From: Ignavibacteriales bacterium
GTDB lineage: Bacteria; Bacteroidota; Ignavibacteria; T3Sed10-11
Reading direction: 5' to 3'
Assembly: GCA_003562775.1 (NCBI GenBank)
Contig: PWTU01000356.1
Span: forward strand, 29,505 to 93,504
DNA length: 64,000 nucleotides
Below the pieces are notes generated by a model that was not told where the DNA came from, did not search any database, and worked only from the letters and a program-made list of their open reading frames with translations. Numbering within the stretch: the stretch's first letter is position 1; each line of letters starts with the position of its first letter. This document shows positions 29,468 through 39,682 of the stretch, one piece after another. The position numbers and the translations under genes were made by a program.

Positions 29468-30847
29468 TTGAGGGAGAATGATCGATTGGTTAATTATAAA
29501 AATATAATAACATCTCTATTACTTTGTGTACTATTAGTGAGCACCGTATGGGGGCAACAACGTCCTCAACCGGGTCGGGGAAATGTAGTTACATTTGAAA
29601 CGATAACATTACCGACAGAGTCGAACGACCTGATAAGACTCGACATTAATTATCGGATTATGAAAAACTTTTTCATTTTTACCAGGTCATCTACGACCGG
29701 CGCCGAACTTGAATATGAAGGTGGTTTTGACTTAAATATCGAAATATTCGATATGCAAGGTCAATCCGCAGCACGGGAGATTCGACAACAATCGGTATAC
29801 AATGATACTCCAACAATGGAATTCCCCGATATTGAATTCGTAGAGGGAGGATTTTCGTTTAAGCTTCCCCCTGCCGAGTATCGCTTTTTAATTCGATTGC
29901 TCGACCGGAATTCCGACCGACGATATTTTGACCGTGATCGCCGGATTAAACTTCCCGAATTACCGGATGCACAAGCTCAAATATTCGATATAATTTTTAT
30001 AGAATCGATTACACCCGAGACCGGCACGACTATATTCCGACCGGTCAATTTAGGCGGAAATATATTCTTCAATGAAGATACCGATGTACTAATTCCATTT
30101 ATTGCAAACCCGGAACCGGGAACTTCCCCAACGGTTACCGCTATGCTTCATCGTCAATTACCAAAAGAAAGAACCGGTGAAGAAATATTTTCTATAGCCA
30201 TTCCTCCGGAACGAATATTTTCCGCTGCAACGATAGGCAATATTAATTCGGATAATAAGTTGCAATACAAAAAAATAGATACGGTTAGAGAAGATTTACA
30301 CATTGCTTTATTCTCAATGAACGGCCGCACATTGGAAGAGGGCGCTTACCGCCTTTCAATACAAATGAATACGGAAAACGGAACGGCAGAAAAATCAACA
30401 GCGTTTAACGTAGTCTGGGTTGAGAAACCGGCATCGCTTCATAATCTTGATTTTGCAATCGAGATGCTCGAATACATTATGTCCCCGGATGAATATCGAC
30501 AAGTCCGACGAGGATCAACGGAGGAGAAGCGCCGGAAATTTTATGAATACTGGAAAGATAAAGATCCAAACCCCGAAACCGCGTTCAATCCGGTTATGAC
30601 CGAATATTACCGCCGTGTCGATTATGCAGCGAGAGAATTTACCACTCTAAGAGAACGCAATGGAGCACGAACAGACCGTGGTAAGGTATATATAATTTAC
30701 GGCCCTCCGACAGAAAAAACGCGTGATCTAAGTCCCGGACAACCGCCGCAGGAAATTTGGGAATACCGGCATTTAAACCAGAAATTTATTTTTGTTGATC
30801 AGTCTCGGCAGGGGAATTACCGTCTGATAACCAGAGAGGAACTATGA
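29468..30847 (+). CDS. GWxTD-domain protein (secreted)
   Basis: Signal peptide. The C-terminal RNGARTDRGKVYIIYGPPTEK...EIWEY...FIFVDQSRQGNYRL matches the GWxTD domain, with W replaced by A. The start is uncertain (TTG 29468 or TTG 29486). Confidence 0.8.
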   Translation: MRENDRLVNYKNIITSLLLCVLLVSTVWGQQRPQPGRGNVVTFETITLPTESNDLIRLDINYRIMKNFFIFTRSSTTGAELEYEGGFDLNIEIFDMQGQSAAREIRQQSVYNDTPTMEFPDIEFVEGGFSFKLPPAEYRFLIRLLDRNSDRRYFDRDRRIKLPELPDAQAQIFDIIFIESITPETGTTIFRPVNLGGNIFFNEDTDVLIPFIANPEPGTSPTVTAMLHRQLPKERTGEEIFSIAIPPERIFSAATIGNINSDNKLQYKKIDTVREDLHIALFSMNGRTLEEGAYRLSIQMNTENGTAEKSTAFNVVWVEKPASLHNLDFAIEMLEYIMSPDEYRQVRRGSTEEKRRKFYEYWKDKDPNPETAFNPVMTEYYRRVDYAAREFTTLRERNGARTDRGKVYIIYGPPTEKTRDLSPGQPPQEIWEYRHLNQKFIFVDQSRQGNYRLITREEL

Positions 30848-31851
30848 AACCTTTAATTGCGATTACGATTGGCGACTTCAACGGTATCGGTCCGGAAACC
30901 GTGTTGCGTTCAATAACCGAGCCGGATATAAATGCAATATGTCGACCGGTACTCGTGGGTCCGTACGATATCTGGCAGGAAACTGCCAACCTGTATATAC
31001 CATCCGCAAATCTTCAGCAGATCGACGACCCAAAAGCTCTCGATGCAGATTATGCCGGCATACCGATCATCGATATCGAAGGGTATACAATAAAAGATCT
31101 CAGCCCGGGGCGACCGTCGAGAAAGGCAGGAATTGCAGCAGTCGATGCCGTAAAAAAATCGCTCGATATTTGCCAAAACGGTTATGCACATGCAATGGTA
31201 ACTTCCCCGGTTTCGAAAGAATCAATAAATCTTGCCGGTCATTCATACGTCGGGCATACCGATATGCTGATGGACTTAACCGGCACCGAAGCGGTAACAA
31301 TGATGATGGTTGCCGGAGGGTTTCGTATTGCACTGGTCACCGTACACGTCCCGATAAAAGCGGTTTCCGAAACCATAACCGAACGGGAATTTATGTTAAA
31401 AACGAAAACGGCTATCGATAGTCTAAAAAACGATTTTAACATTATCGATCCTCGAGTGGCGGTTCTCGGCTTAAATCCACACGCAGGTGAGAGCGGTCTT
31501 CTTGGCGACGAGGAGAAAGAAATAATTACACCCACAATCAAACGGCTGGGTAAAGAAGGGTATATCGTTGAAGGGCCCTTCCCTGCCGACGGCTTTTTCG
31601 GCGCTAAATTACATCATAACTTCGATCTTGTGATGGCTATGTATCATGATCAGGGATTGATACCATTAAAACTGGAAGGTTTTGATTTTGGCGTCAATTA
31701 TTCTTCCGGCTTGCCTGTTATCAGAACATCACCGGATCACGGGACTGCATACAATATCGTTGGCCGTGGAATCGCCAATTTATCAAGTATAGTAGAAGCT
31801 ATAAAGCTTGCAGTTTCTATCGTCCATAATCGAGCAGCGAAGGCGAAGTAA
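30844..31851 (+). CDS. pdxA: 4-hydroxythreonine-4-phosphate dehydrogenase
   Basis: ITIGDFNGIGPE, GHTDML, LNPHAGE and TSPDHGTA motifs. ATGA overlap with the upstream gene. Confidence 0.93.
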   Translation: MKPLIAITIGDFNGIGPETVLRSITEPDINAICRPVLVGPYDIWQETANLYIPSANLQQIDDPKALDADYAGIPIIDIEGYTIKDLSPGRPSRKAGIAAVDAVKKSLDICQNGYAHAMVTSPVSKESINLAGHSYVGHTDMLMDLTGTEAVTMMMVAGGFRIALVTVHVPIKAVSETITEREFMLKTKTAIDSLKNDFNIIDPRVAVLGLNPHAGESGLLGDEEKEIITPTIKRLGKEGYIVEGPFPADGFFGAKLHHNFDLVMAMYHDQGLIPLKLEGFDFGVNYSSGLPVIRTSPDHGTAYNIVGRGIANLSSIVEAIKLAVSIVHNRAAKAK

Positions 31852-31855
31852 GAGT

Positions 31856-32521
31856 ATGGTCAGTTTATCAAATGTTTCGGTTGCTTACGACAAATATCAA
31901 CTACTCGAGAACATCAACATCACAATCCATCAGGGTGAATTCGTTTTTTTAGTCGGCAGAACCGGCGCGGGTAAAAGTTCACTTCTCAAGCTGCTCTATA
32001 TGGATGTTCTCCCGGCTTCCGGCATGGTAACGGTCGGCGAGTATTCATCGGATACCATTCGAAAACGTGAGATCCCGTTCCTCAGGCGTACCATAGGTAT
32101 TATTTTCCAGGATATGAAGTTGCTCGAGGATAGAAATGTGTTCGACAATATTGCGTTTGCATTACATGTTACCGGCGCCAAACGAAATAAAATCAAACAG
32201 CGAGTCTTGACGGCGTTGGCCGATGTGGGGTTAAGTCATAAACGAAACAGCATGCCCCTTGAACTATCGGGCGGCGAACAACAACGATTGGGAATAGCAC
32301 GAGCGCTGGTAAATGATCCCTGGCTGCTTATAGCCGACGAACCGACCGGCAATCTCGATCCGTCGACATCGAACGACATTCTTGATATGTTAATCAAGAT
32401 AAATAATCGCGGGACCGCTATCTTGATGGCAACCCATAACTATAACCTGGTAAAAAGAACACCTGCCGCACGTATTCTACAAATACGAGATCGACAGGTG
32501 GTTGAAGTCGAAATGCGTTAA
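31856..32521 (+). CDS. ftsE: cell-division ABC ATPase FtsE
   Basis: Walker [13 protein letters not shown], signature LSGGEQQR, and Walker [13 protein letters not shown]. Size and sequence resemble FtsE. I prefer start ATG 31856. Confidence 0.85.
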   Translation: MVSLSNVSVAYDKYQLLENINITIHQGEFVFLVGRTGAGKSSLLKLLYMDVLPASGMVTVGEYSSDTIRKREIPFLRRTIGIIFQDMKLLEDRNVFDNIAFALHVTGAKRNKIKQRVLTALADVGLSHKRNSMPLELSGGEQQRLGIARALVNDPWLLIADEPTGNLDPSTSNDILDMLIKINNRGTAILMATHNYNLVKRTPAARILQIRDRQVVEVEMR

Positions 32522-32529
32522 CGGAGTTT

Positions 32530-33381
32530 TCAAACATCGATTACAATATCTCCCCCACTTCCTTCCGGACGAGATTCATTATATTTCTTTACCTCTTCAT
32601 GTAAATTACGGGCTATCCCGATGAACTGCTTTGCATGTTCGGAATCCGGTTCAAGAACAACGATCGGTTTTCCGGTGTCGCCTCCTTCGCGTATTTTAGT
32701 GTATAACGGAATTTCACCGAGAAACTCGGTCCCGAGTTTCTCGGCTGAACGCTTACCGCCCCCATAACTGAATATTTCTTCACGATGCCCGCACGAAGTA
32801 CAGATAAAGTAACTCATATTTTCAACGATTCCAAATACCGGAACATTTACCCGCTCAAACATTCTTAACCCTTTTCGCGCATCTGCAAGAGCTATATCCT
32901 GCGGGGTCGTCACAATAACCGCGCCGGTCAATGGGATGGATTGTACTAAAGTCAACTGTATATCACCGGTGCCCGGCGGAAGATCGAATATAATATATTC
33001 GAGGTCTCCCCACTCAACGTCCGACATAAATTGGCGAACTGCGCCGCTTGCCATCGGCCCCCGCCAGATCATAGCTTGTTCTTCATCCACAAGAAATCCT
33101 ATTGACATTACCTTTATGCCGTGTGCTTCAAGCGGAAGTAATTTTTGTTTATCAACAACGGGTTTCTCATTTATCCCAAGCATTAAAGGGGCACTCGGAC
33201 CGTACACATCTGCATCGATCAAACCGACCGAATGGCCTTCTTTCGCAAGGGCGACTGCAAGATTAACGGCGACCGTCGATTTCCCGACGCCTCCTTTCCC
33301 GCTAGCCACTGCTATAGTATTTTTTACTCCGGGTAATAATGCTTGTTGTTGCTGCTGTGTTTGTGGTGCGTGTGGTGTCAT
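32530..33381 (-). CDS. Mrp/NBP35 (ApbC)-family Fe-S cluster carrier ATPase
   Basis: Deviant Walker A SGKGGVGKST, and a CxxC motif in FICTSCGHRE. Confidence 0.9.
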   Translation of the reverse strand: MTPHAPQTQQQQQALLPGVKNTIAVASGKGGVGKSTVAVNLAVALAKEGHSVGLIDADVYGPSAPLMLGINEKPVVDKQKLLPLEAHGIKVMSIGFLVDEEQAMIWRGPMASGAVRQFMSDVEWGDLEYIIFDLPPGTGDIQLTLVQSIPLTGAVIVTTPQDIALADARKGLRMFERVNVPVFGIVENMSYFICTSCGHREEIFSYGGGKRSAEKLGTEFLGEIPLYTKIREGGDTGKPIVVLEPDSEHAKQFIGIARNLHEEVKKYNESRPEGSGGDIVIDV

Positions 33382-33472
33382 AGAGATTTAAATATCAATT
33401 TTAAGATTAAAAATTTATAAGATAATGTACATTATAAACGATAATGTTAATTTCTTCGTTCCGTCGAATAAT

Positions 33473-34690
33473 TTATATCACATTGAATTTCTTCCCGGTG
33501 CGGTCGAATGCATCGAGCGCCCGGTCAATATCATCACGCGTTAATGCGGCTGATACCTGAGCACGCAGCCGGGCCTCGCCGCGCGGAACAACCGGGAACC
33601 AAAGACCTTTAATGTATACACCCTCTTTGAGAAGCTCTTTACTCATATCCATCGCAAGTGCTGCTTCACCGAGCATAATGGCAACTATCGGATGCGTTCC
33701 CTCGATAATTGTGTATCCAAGATTTTTTATCTCTTTCCGGAAGTACTCGGTGTTCCTGTGTAATGTATCGACAATGGCTCTATCTTTCGACAACATGTCG
33801 AATGCAGCCATCGCACCGAATATTATTGACGGAGGAAGAGAGTTCGAAAATGTATACGGTCGGGATTTCTGACGCAAATAACTTATTAATTCGTTGCTTC
33901 CGCTAATATAACCCCCTGCAGCTCCACCGATTGCTTTGCCGAGCGTACCGGTAATAACATCTATCTGTCCCAGAACGCCCGTTGCTTCGGGAGTGCCGCG
34001 TCCATAGTCGCCGCATACGCCGATCGCATGCGAATCGTCTACGAACAACAATGCGTTATATTGACGAGCTAATTCAACTAACCGGGGTAACGGCGCCATA
34101 TCCCCTTCCATGCTAAACACACCGTCTGTCGCAATAATTTTAAAGCGAAAATCCTTGTCTTTATCTTCCTCGAGAAGTTGCTCAAGATGTTTCGTATCCG
34201 CGTGGTTATAGATTCTCTTTACCGTTGTATCTCCTTTACATAGTCGCTGACCGTCGATAATGCTTGCGTGATTCAGCCGATCGCTGTAAAAAACATCCTT
34301 AAACGATTCAAAACCCAGTTTTTCATTGGTAAGGGACGGGAAAAAACCTTCGTTGGCAGCAAAGCATGACGAGAAGAGAATCGTATCTTCACATCCGACA
34401 AATTCGGAGATTTTCTTCTCAAGCTCGAGATGAATATCCTGTGTACCGCAAATAAACCGGACACTCGCTACTCCGTATCCATACTTTTTGATCCCTTCTA
34501 TTGCTGCTTCTTTTACAACGGGATGATCAGAAAGTCCGAGATAATTATTTGAAGCAAGCATGACGACTTCCTTCCCGTTGACCCGAACTACACCGGCTTG
34601 CGGACTGCTGAGAGGGGTTTCATATTTGAATGTCTTCGATTCTTCAAGACGTTTTAGTTCATCGTTAATAATTTTGTTATATGCTTCCAC
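33473..34690 (-). CDS. kbl: glycine C-acetyltransferase (2-amino-3-ketobutyrate CoA ligase)
   Basis: Alpha-oxoamine synthase fold (NNYLGL, DDSHA, TLGKA PLP-lysine region). It lies next to a threonine dehydrogenase-type gene. Confidence 0.9.
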   Translation of the reverse strand: MEAYNKIINDELKRLEESKTFKYETPLSSPQAGVVRVNGKEVVMLASNNYLGLSDHPVVKEAAIEGIKKYGYGVASVRFICGTQDIHLELEKKISEFVGCEDTILFSSCFAANEGFFPSLTNEKLGFESFKDVFYSDRLNHASIIDGQRLCKGDTTVKRIYNHADTKHLEQLLEEDKDKDFRFKIIATDGVFSMEGDMAPLPRLVELARQYNALLFVDDSHAIGVCGDYGRGTPEATGVLGQIDVITGTLGKAIGGAAGGYISGSNELISYLRQKSRPYTFSNSLPPSIIFGAMAAFDMLSKDRAIVDTLHRNTEYFRKEIKNLGYTIIEGTHPIVAIMLGEAALAMDMSKELLKEGVYIKGLWFPVVPRGEARLRAQVSAALTRDDIDRALDAFDRTGKKFNVI

Positions 34691-34720
34691 GATAATAACT
34701 CCTTAATGTATATAATATTC

Positions 34721-35962
34721 TTACGGACGTAATAAAACCTTTAATCCTTCACCGTCGATGAGGGCGTTTATTCCCTTATCGACTTGATCGAGCGGGATGT
34801 CGTGTGTTATAAATCCGGTATCGATAAACTTTTGGGCAAGACCGCTGCGCAATATTGTTCTCATCATATCCCATGTTTCAAAAACACGCCTGCCAATGAC
34901 ACCGTGCACCGTTACCCCCCGGAATATGATATCTTTCGAAAAGTCTACAACCATTTTACCTCCCGGTATACCGAGCAACGCCAGCATTCCGCCCATTCGA
35001 ACTATACGAAATGCATCTTCATATGCTTTATAATTCCCCGACATTTCAAGAACGGCATCGACCCCCGCACCTTCCGTCTCATCGAGTACGGTTTGATAAA
35101 ATCGTTCTTTCTCATTATCGACGGCGACATTGAATGTATAATCGGCGCCATATTCACGTGCAAGTCTAAAGCGTGACTGCTCCAATTTATCCGCGGTAAA
35201 CATACCGTGCGACACATCGGTTGCATATATTTTTTCTGCACCTGCGTATTTCGCCACCGCAATCGCCATCAATCCCTGCACTCCGCATCCCAGTACCGCG
35301 ATGTGTCTCCCTTTTACATCGGCCGCTTCAACAGTATGAGTGGCATTGCCGATTGCATCCATAAAAGCAATGATATCGGGTGGTATCTCATTCGCACCGA
35401 ACAAAAGTACATTTTCAGCAGGAATTGTTAAATAGGAAGTAAAACTCCCGTCTTCATGGATTCCCTTGATGATAGTATTTTTACAAACGTGCTTATCGTT
35501 TCGCCTACACTGCAAACATGTACCGCAAGTCACATGCATCTCGGCAGTCGCATACAGATGTTCATTTATAAGATCGATAAAGTCGATCATCGACACAAGT
35601 TCCGAGACCGACTTTCCCTGAAATATCTCCGGTAGATATTTTTCTCCACCGTTATTGAATGTATTTGTCAGCTTATGCGCTAATAATTCTTTTGCGTCCT
35701 TGCCTGCCTCTACAATTTTCCCGCAAAACTCGTGTCCGACAATGACACTGTCGTAATCGATCACCTGCATCGAATCGCGAAGTGAATCTTTCGAGCTATA
35801 AATACCGACATCGGTCCCGCACACAGCGGCGGCTACAACTTTGAATTTTACATGGCTTGTATCTTTGATTTCCGGAACGGGACGTTCCAAAAAATCAAAT
35901 CCCTTTTTCCATTCCTTACCGGGAAGAGGGCGTGGTTTCACAACTGCTTTCATAGTACTCAT
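34721..35962 (-). CDS. tdh: L-threonine 3-dehydrogenase-like Zn-dependent dehydrogenase with internal insertions
   Basis: CGTDV, GHEFCG, the structural-Zn cluster CGTCLQCRRNDKHVC, LGCGVQG, and GRRVFETWDMMRTILRSGL (E. coli Tdh has GREMFETWYKM..LIQSGL). 413 aa, versus about 340 for typical Tdh. Confidence 0.8.
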   Translation of the reverse strand: MSTMKAVVKPRPLPGKEWKKGFDFLERPVPEIKDTSHVKFKVVAAAVCGTDVGIYSSKDSLRDSMQVIDYDSVIVGHEFCGKIVEAGKDAKELLAHKLTNTFNNGGEKYLPEIFQGKSVSELVSMIDFIDLINEHLYATAEMHVTCGTCLQCRRNDKHVCKNTIIKGIHEDGSFTSYLTIPAENVLLFGANEIPPDIIAFMDAIGNATHTVEAADVKGRHIAVLGCGVQGLMAIAVAKYAGAEKIYATDVSHGMFTADKLEQSRFRLAREYGADYTFNVAVDNEKERFYQTVLDETEGAGVDAVLEMSGNYKAYEDAFRIVRMGGMLALLGIPGGKMVVDFSKDIIFRGVTVHGVIGRRVFETWDMMRTILRSGLAQKFIDTGFITHDIPLDQVDKGINALIDGEGLKVLLRP

Positions 35963-35983
35963 AATATTACTCCGTTCGATTTC

Positions 35984-37387
35984 TTAATAGAGACGCTTGA
36001 GTCGTGCCGCAAACGATCCATCGATATTGTGTATATGCGGATATGTTTCTATCGTTTTGCGGGGTGTTACAAAAGTTTTGTTCACATACGACGCCGGGTC
36101 GTCAAGAGCAAAATTCTTATTATTTTCCAAGAATCGTTGTACAATTGCTTCGTCTTCCTCAGGTTCGATTGTGCAGGTACTGTAAACCAAAACTCCTCCC
36201 GGTTTGGTTAATGATCCGGCTTTCTCAATCAAACGATATTGCACTTCGGTTAGCTTTGCGATATCCGAAATATCACGCTTTAATTTTATATCCGGTTTTT
36301 TCCGAAGAACCCCCAATCCACTGCAGGGCACATCCACTAAAACACGATCTGCAATTTCTGCATCAAAATTAATTGCATCCACTGCGACAATTTTAATATT
36401 TTTTAATCCGAGCCGATCGGCTGAATTTCTGACCAATTCCGCCCGAGACGGATATTTTTCGACAGAGATTACCTCGCCGGTATTGTTCATTAGTTCTGCA
36501 AGGTGCATTGTCTTACCACCGGGCGCTGAACAAAGATCAATGATTCTCTCATATGGCTGCGGCGCTAAAAGCTTACCAACCAAACCCGCACTTTCATCCT
36601 GTATTGAGAAATAACCTTTCCTGAACAATTCGAGTTGCGCCATTCCGCCGGATGCACGCAATTGCACATAATAATCTAAAAAGGGTGACGGTGTGTACTC
36701 GAGTCCTTCTTTTTCGAGAAGTGATATAAACTCGGCAGGTTGAATTTTTATCTTGTTTATCCGAACCGTAATTGTCGGTTTTTCGTTGTTGGCGACAAGT
36801 AATTTTTCGGTTTGCTCCTCACCATATCGTTCAAGCCACCGCTTGACAATCCAAATCGGATGAGAATACACAACCGACAGATGGTGCTCCAGCGATTCAT
36901 TTCTATCAGGATATCGTATTTCGTGAAGGTGACGAAGTATATTCCGTAAAACTCCGTTGACGACGCCGGCATACCGCTCGTTTCTCAGCCGTTTTACAAA
37001 CTCGACTGCTTCATTCACCGCCGCATGGTGAGGAATACGATCAAGAAACATTAGCTGATATAATGCAATCCGCATTGCATTCTTCACATTAATGTCGGCT
37101 TTGGGAAAATTCCCGCGGTAAAAACCGTTCAGCACCCAATCAAGTTTGATTTGCCACCGTACGACTCCGGTCACCAGTTCATTTAAGAGGCCTTTATCCT
37201 GATCAGACAGGTCGCCCGATCGTAATTCATTATTGATGAGTTTATCAAGATATGCATCGGTTCGTTCGACGCGATTTAAGATTTTAACCGCCAAACCCCG
37301 TGCACCGCTGAATAATACACTGCTCCTCTTATTCTCATTAAGATCGTTTGCCGGTTTTGTGTTATTATTTTGATTTTCTTGATTCAT
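35984..37387 (-). CDS. rsmB: 16S rRNA (cytosine-C5)-methyltransferase RsmB/Sun
   Basis: N-terminal NusB-like domain plus a SAM methyltransferase domain (DLCSAPGGKT, DVPCSGLGVLRKKPD, YSTCT). Confidence 0.88.
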   Translation of the reverse strand: MNQENQNNNTKPANDLNENKRSSVLFSGARGLAVKILNRVERTDAYLDKLINNELRSGDLSDQDKGLLNELVTGVVRWQIKLDWVLNGFYRGNFPKADINVKNAMRIALYQLMFLDRIPHHAAVNEAVEFVKRLRNERYAGVVNGVLRNILRHLHEIRYPDRNESLEHHLSVVYSHPIWIVKRWLERYGEEQTEKLLVANNEKPTITVRINKIKIQPAEFISLLEKEGLEYTPSPFLDYYVQLRASGGMAQLELFRKGYFSIQDESAGLVGKLLAPQPYERIIDLCSAPGGKTMHLAELMNNTGEVISVEKYPSRAELVRNSADRLGLKNIKIVAVDAINFDAEIADRVLVDVPCSGLGVLRKKPDIKLKRDISDIAKLTEVQYRLIEKAGSLTKPGGVLVYSTCTIEPEEDEAIVQRFLENNKNFALDDPASYVNKTFVTPRKTIETYPHIHNIDGSFAARLKRLY

Positions 37388-38681
37388 AAATATTCCGTAA
37401 CAGTTGTATTTCTTCGTCGGACAGTGTTACATCCCGCCGTTTAGTCATAGCTCTGGCGCTCTCCAGAAATTTGTCAAATTGATATAATCTCAACAATTCG
37501 CTTCCGCCCCACGAAAAATCCGGGATATATCTTGGAGGATAATTTGCTCCGAATATATTACATGCTACTCCTATTATTGTCCCGGTATTAATCATAGTAT
37601 TAATCCCCGTTTTACTGTGGTCACCCATTACCATACCGAAAAATTGCCGGCCGGACTCTACGGATTTTCCGTTAATGACTACAATGATCGGTCCGTAATT
37701 GTTCTTGAGATTACTATTATTTGTATCTGCGCCGATATTTATCCATTGACCTAAATAAGAATGTCCGAGAAATCCTCCGTGTGCTTTATTGGTGTAACTT
37801 AGTATGATCGACGACGATATCTCACCCGCCGCTCTGCAATTAAAACCTATCGAGGTACCACCATAAATCCGGGCTCCCGACTTTACGATCGTTTTTGAAT
37901 TAATCCACACCGGTCCCTGAATAAAGACGTGTGGTTGCACCATAACATCATCTTCGATTATAACCGGACCTGTCGATGCATCTATAACTACATAGGGGCT
38001 AATGACGGTTTTTTTCCCAATAAATATATTTCTTTTGGGGGTTAAGTCTGCACGGGTGTGAACACGCCCCTGTATTTTATTTTTTACCCGTTTAACTTTT
38101 GATTCAAAGTCGTTGATGATACAATCGGAATTCGAGTCAATAATATCCCATGGGTATGAAATTATTCTGGCATCATGCTCTAATTCTATAACCCCATCGG
38201 GAGACAAAAGCAGTTCAGAATTAAATATATCTTTCGAAATTGTATGAGAGGAAGCACAGTACAACGCAATCCAGTCCTCTCCGCTGCGGATGACGGTACT
38301 TTTTTTATCAGATACAACTTTCCGTATGGTTGTTCCTAATCCTTCATCCCATAGAACCCTACCATTTAGAAACAAGCAATCGCCATTCAATCTCGCGTCT
38401 TCATTCAGAAGCGGATACCGTTCAGAGAAAATATCTCGAAGATTTGAACGGTACAAAAACAATGTCCTGTCCGACGTTATATGCCGTGTTATTCGATCCG
38501 CAAACGACCGGGTTCCGCATAGAAGATCAAAGACCGGCCTTGTAGCCGCAAGCGGTAAGAGGTTTTTATAGCCAATGTCTTCTACAATTATAAGCTGCAA
38601 GGGTAAATCCTGATGTGGTTGAACGGTCGGGGATTCTATTTGTACCGGAAAAATTAAAAACGGAATGCATTGGTGATACAT
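37365..38681 (-). CDS. putative sugar nucleotidyltransferase with a left-handed beta-helix (hexapeptide) C-domain
   Basis: N-terminal IIVED..YKNLLPLAATRPVFDLLCG, followed by hexapeptide-repeat-like segments. The true start may be TTG 38600 (MQLIIVED). Confidence 0.65.
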   Translation of the reverse strand: MYHQCIPFLIFPVQIESPTVQPHQDLPLQLIIVEDIGYKNLLPLAATRPVFDLLCGTRSFADRITRHITSDRTLFLYRSNLRDIFSERYPLLNEDARLNGDCLFLNGRVLWDEGLGTTIRKVVSDKKSTVIRSGEDWIALYCASSHTISKDIFNSELLLSPDGVIELEHDARIISYPWDIIDSNSDCIINDFESKVKRVKNKIQGRVHTRADLTPKRNIFIGKKTVISPYVVIDASTGPVIIEDDVMVQPHVFIQGPVWINSKTIVKSGARIYGGTSIGFNCRAAGEISSSIILSYTNKAHGGFLGHSYLGQWINIGADTNNSNLKNNYGPIIVVINGKSVESGRQFFGMVMGDHSKTGINTMINTGTIIGVACNIFGANYPPRYIPDFSWGGSELLRLYQFDKFLESARAMTKRRDVTLSDEEIQLLRNIYESRKSK

Positions 38682-38707
38682 TCCGTTTGTCTACAAGTTT
38701 GTTATTC

Positions 38708-38950
38708 TTACGAGGATGCAGGTGTATCCGCAGCTTCGGTTTTTGTCCCGGTAGTCTTACCGTATTTTTTCATAAATTTCTCGACACGACCTGCAGAGTC
38801 AACCAACTTTTGTTTACCCGTGAAAAACGGATGGCATTCCGAACAAATCTCCAATTTCAGATTACTTTCGGTCGAACGTGTAGTAAATGTATTTCCACAG
38901 ACACACGTTACAACCGTGGGATTATAGTCAGGATGAATTCCAGCTTTCAT
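38708..38950 (-). CDS. rpmE: 50S ribosomal protein L31 (Zn-ribbon type)
   Basis: MKAGIHPDY...CVCGNTF...[10 protein letters not shown], followed by a short K/T-rich tail. Confidence 0.93.
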   Translation of the reverse strand: MKAGIHPDYNPTVVTCVCGNTFTTRSTESNLKLEICSECHPFFTGKQKLVDSAGRVEKFMKKYGKTTGTKTEAADTPASS

Positions 38951-39055
38951 AAAATTCAACACCTCTTCTAAATTGAGTTAATAATTGTCTTTGTTTTAAT
39001 CAATGAAAGTTACGAAATAAATCAGAAAATTGCAATTTACCGTTCATTTATTCTG

Positions 39056-39460
39056 TTATTCCGCCTTTCTGCCTGTTTCATCCTGCTCTTGCTTCCAGGA
39101 GGTGTACACTTTATTGACTAATTCTGCAATATCCATTTTTTCAGAATATGGGTTGGTCGTCTCGGGTTGGTCATCCATTTTCAGGTAATAGTTTACTAAA
39201 GCTTCCTTACATTTGGTTTTGGTTTCAGCAAGTCCGCTTCGTGTATGGCGTTCGGTGATTACAAAACTCTGCCAGAACTCTTCGACTTCTCTGCACTTTT
39301 TTTCGGCTTCATCAATACGGTTTTTTAATGCAATTAATTCTTCATTCCCGGGATTTGAGAGGAGGGCGTTTTCAAGTAACTCCCGTGCTTTTGTAAACTC
39401 TTCCAAAACAAGATATTGTTTTGCCTTGTTTACATATCCATTGATCGCATTTGTTCTCAC
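39056..39460 (-). CDS. hypothetical helical protein
   Basis: 134-aa ORF that looks coding and has one TPR-like motif near the N-terminus. I recognise no family. Confidence 0.5.
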   Translation of the reverse strand: MRTNAINGYVNKAKQYLVLEEFTKARELLENALLSNPGNEELIALKNRIDEAEKKCREVEEFWQSFVITERHTRSGLAETKTKCKEALVNYYLKMDDQPETTNPYSEKMDIAELVNKVYTSWKQEQDETGRKAE

Positions 39461-39682
39461 GGCACCTTCTTAATATCGATATGTGGTAAAAAGAATTTCC
39501 CCAACGTTGCAATAACCAATGCCATAAATATAAAAACTTGTATTCCTACAATTATCGAGCAGAAATTATGCCAAACCAACTTGAAACGGAAATACTAAAA
39601 ACGGTGTGATTTTAGACACATGAAAAGTATACAAAAAAGGGTATCGCTGGATCGAATGCAATTTCTACAATATATAGCTAAT

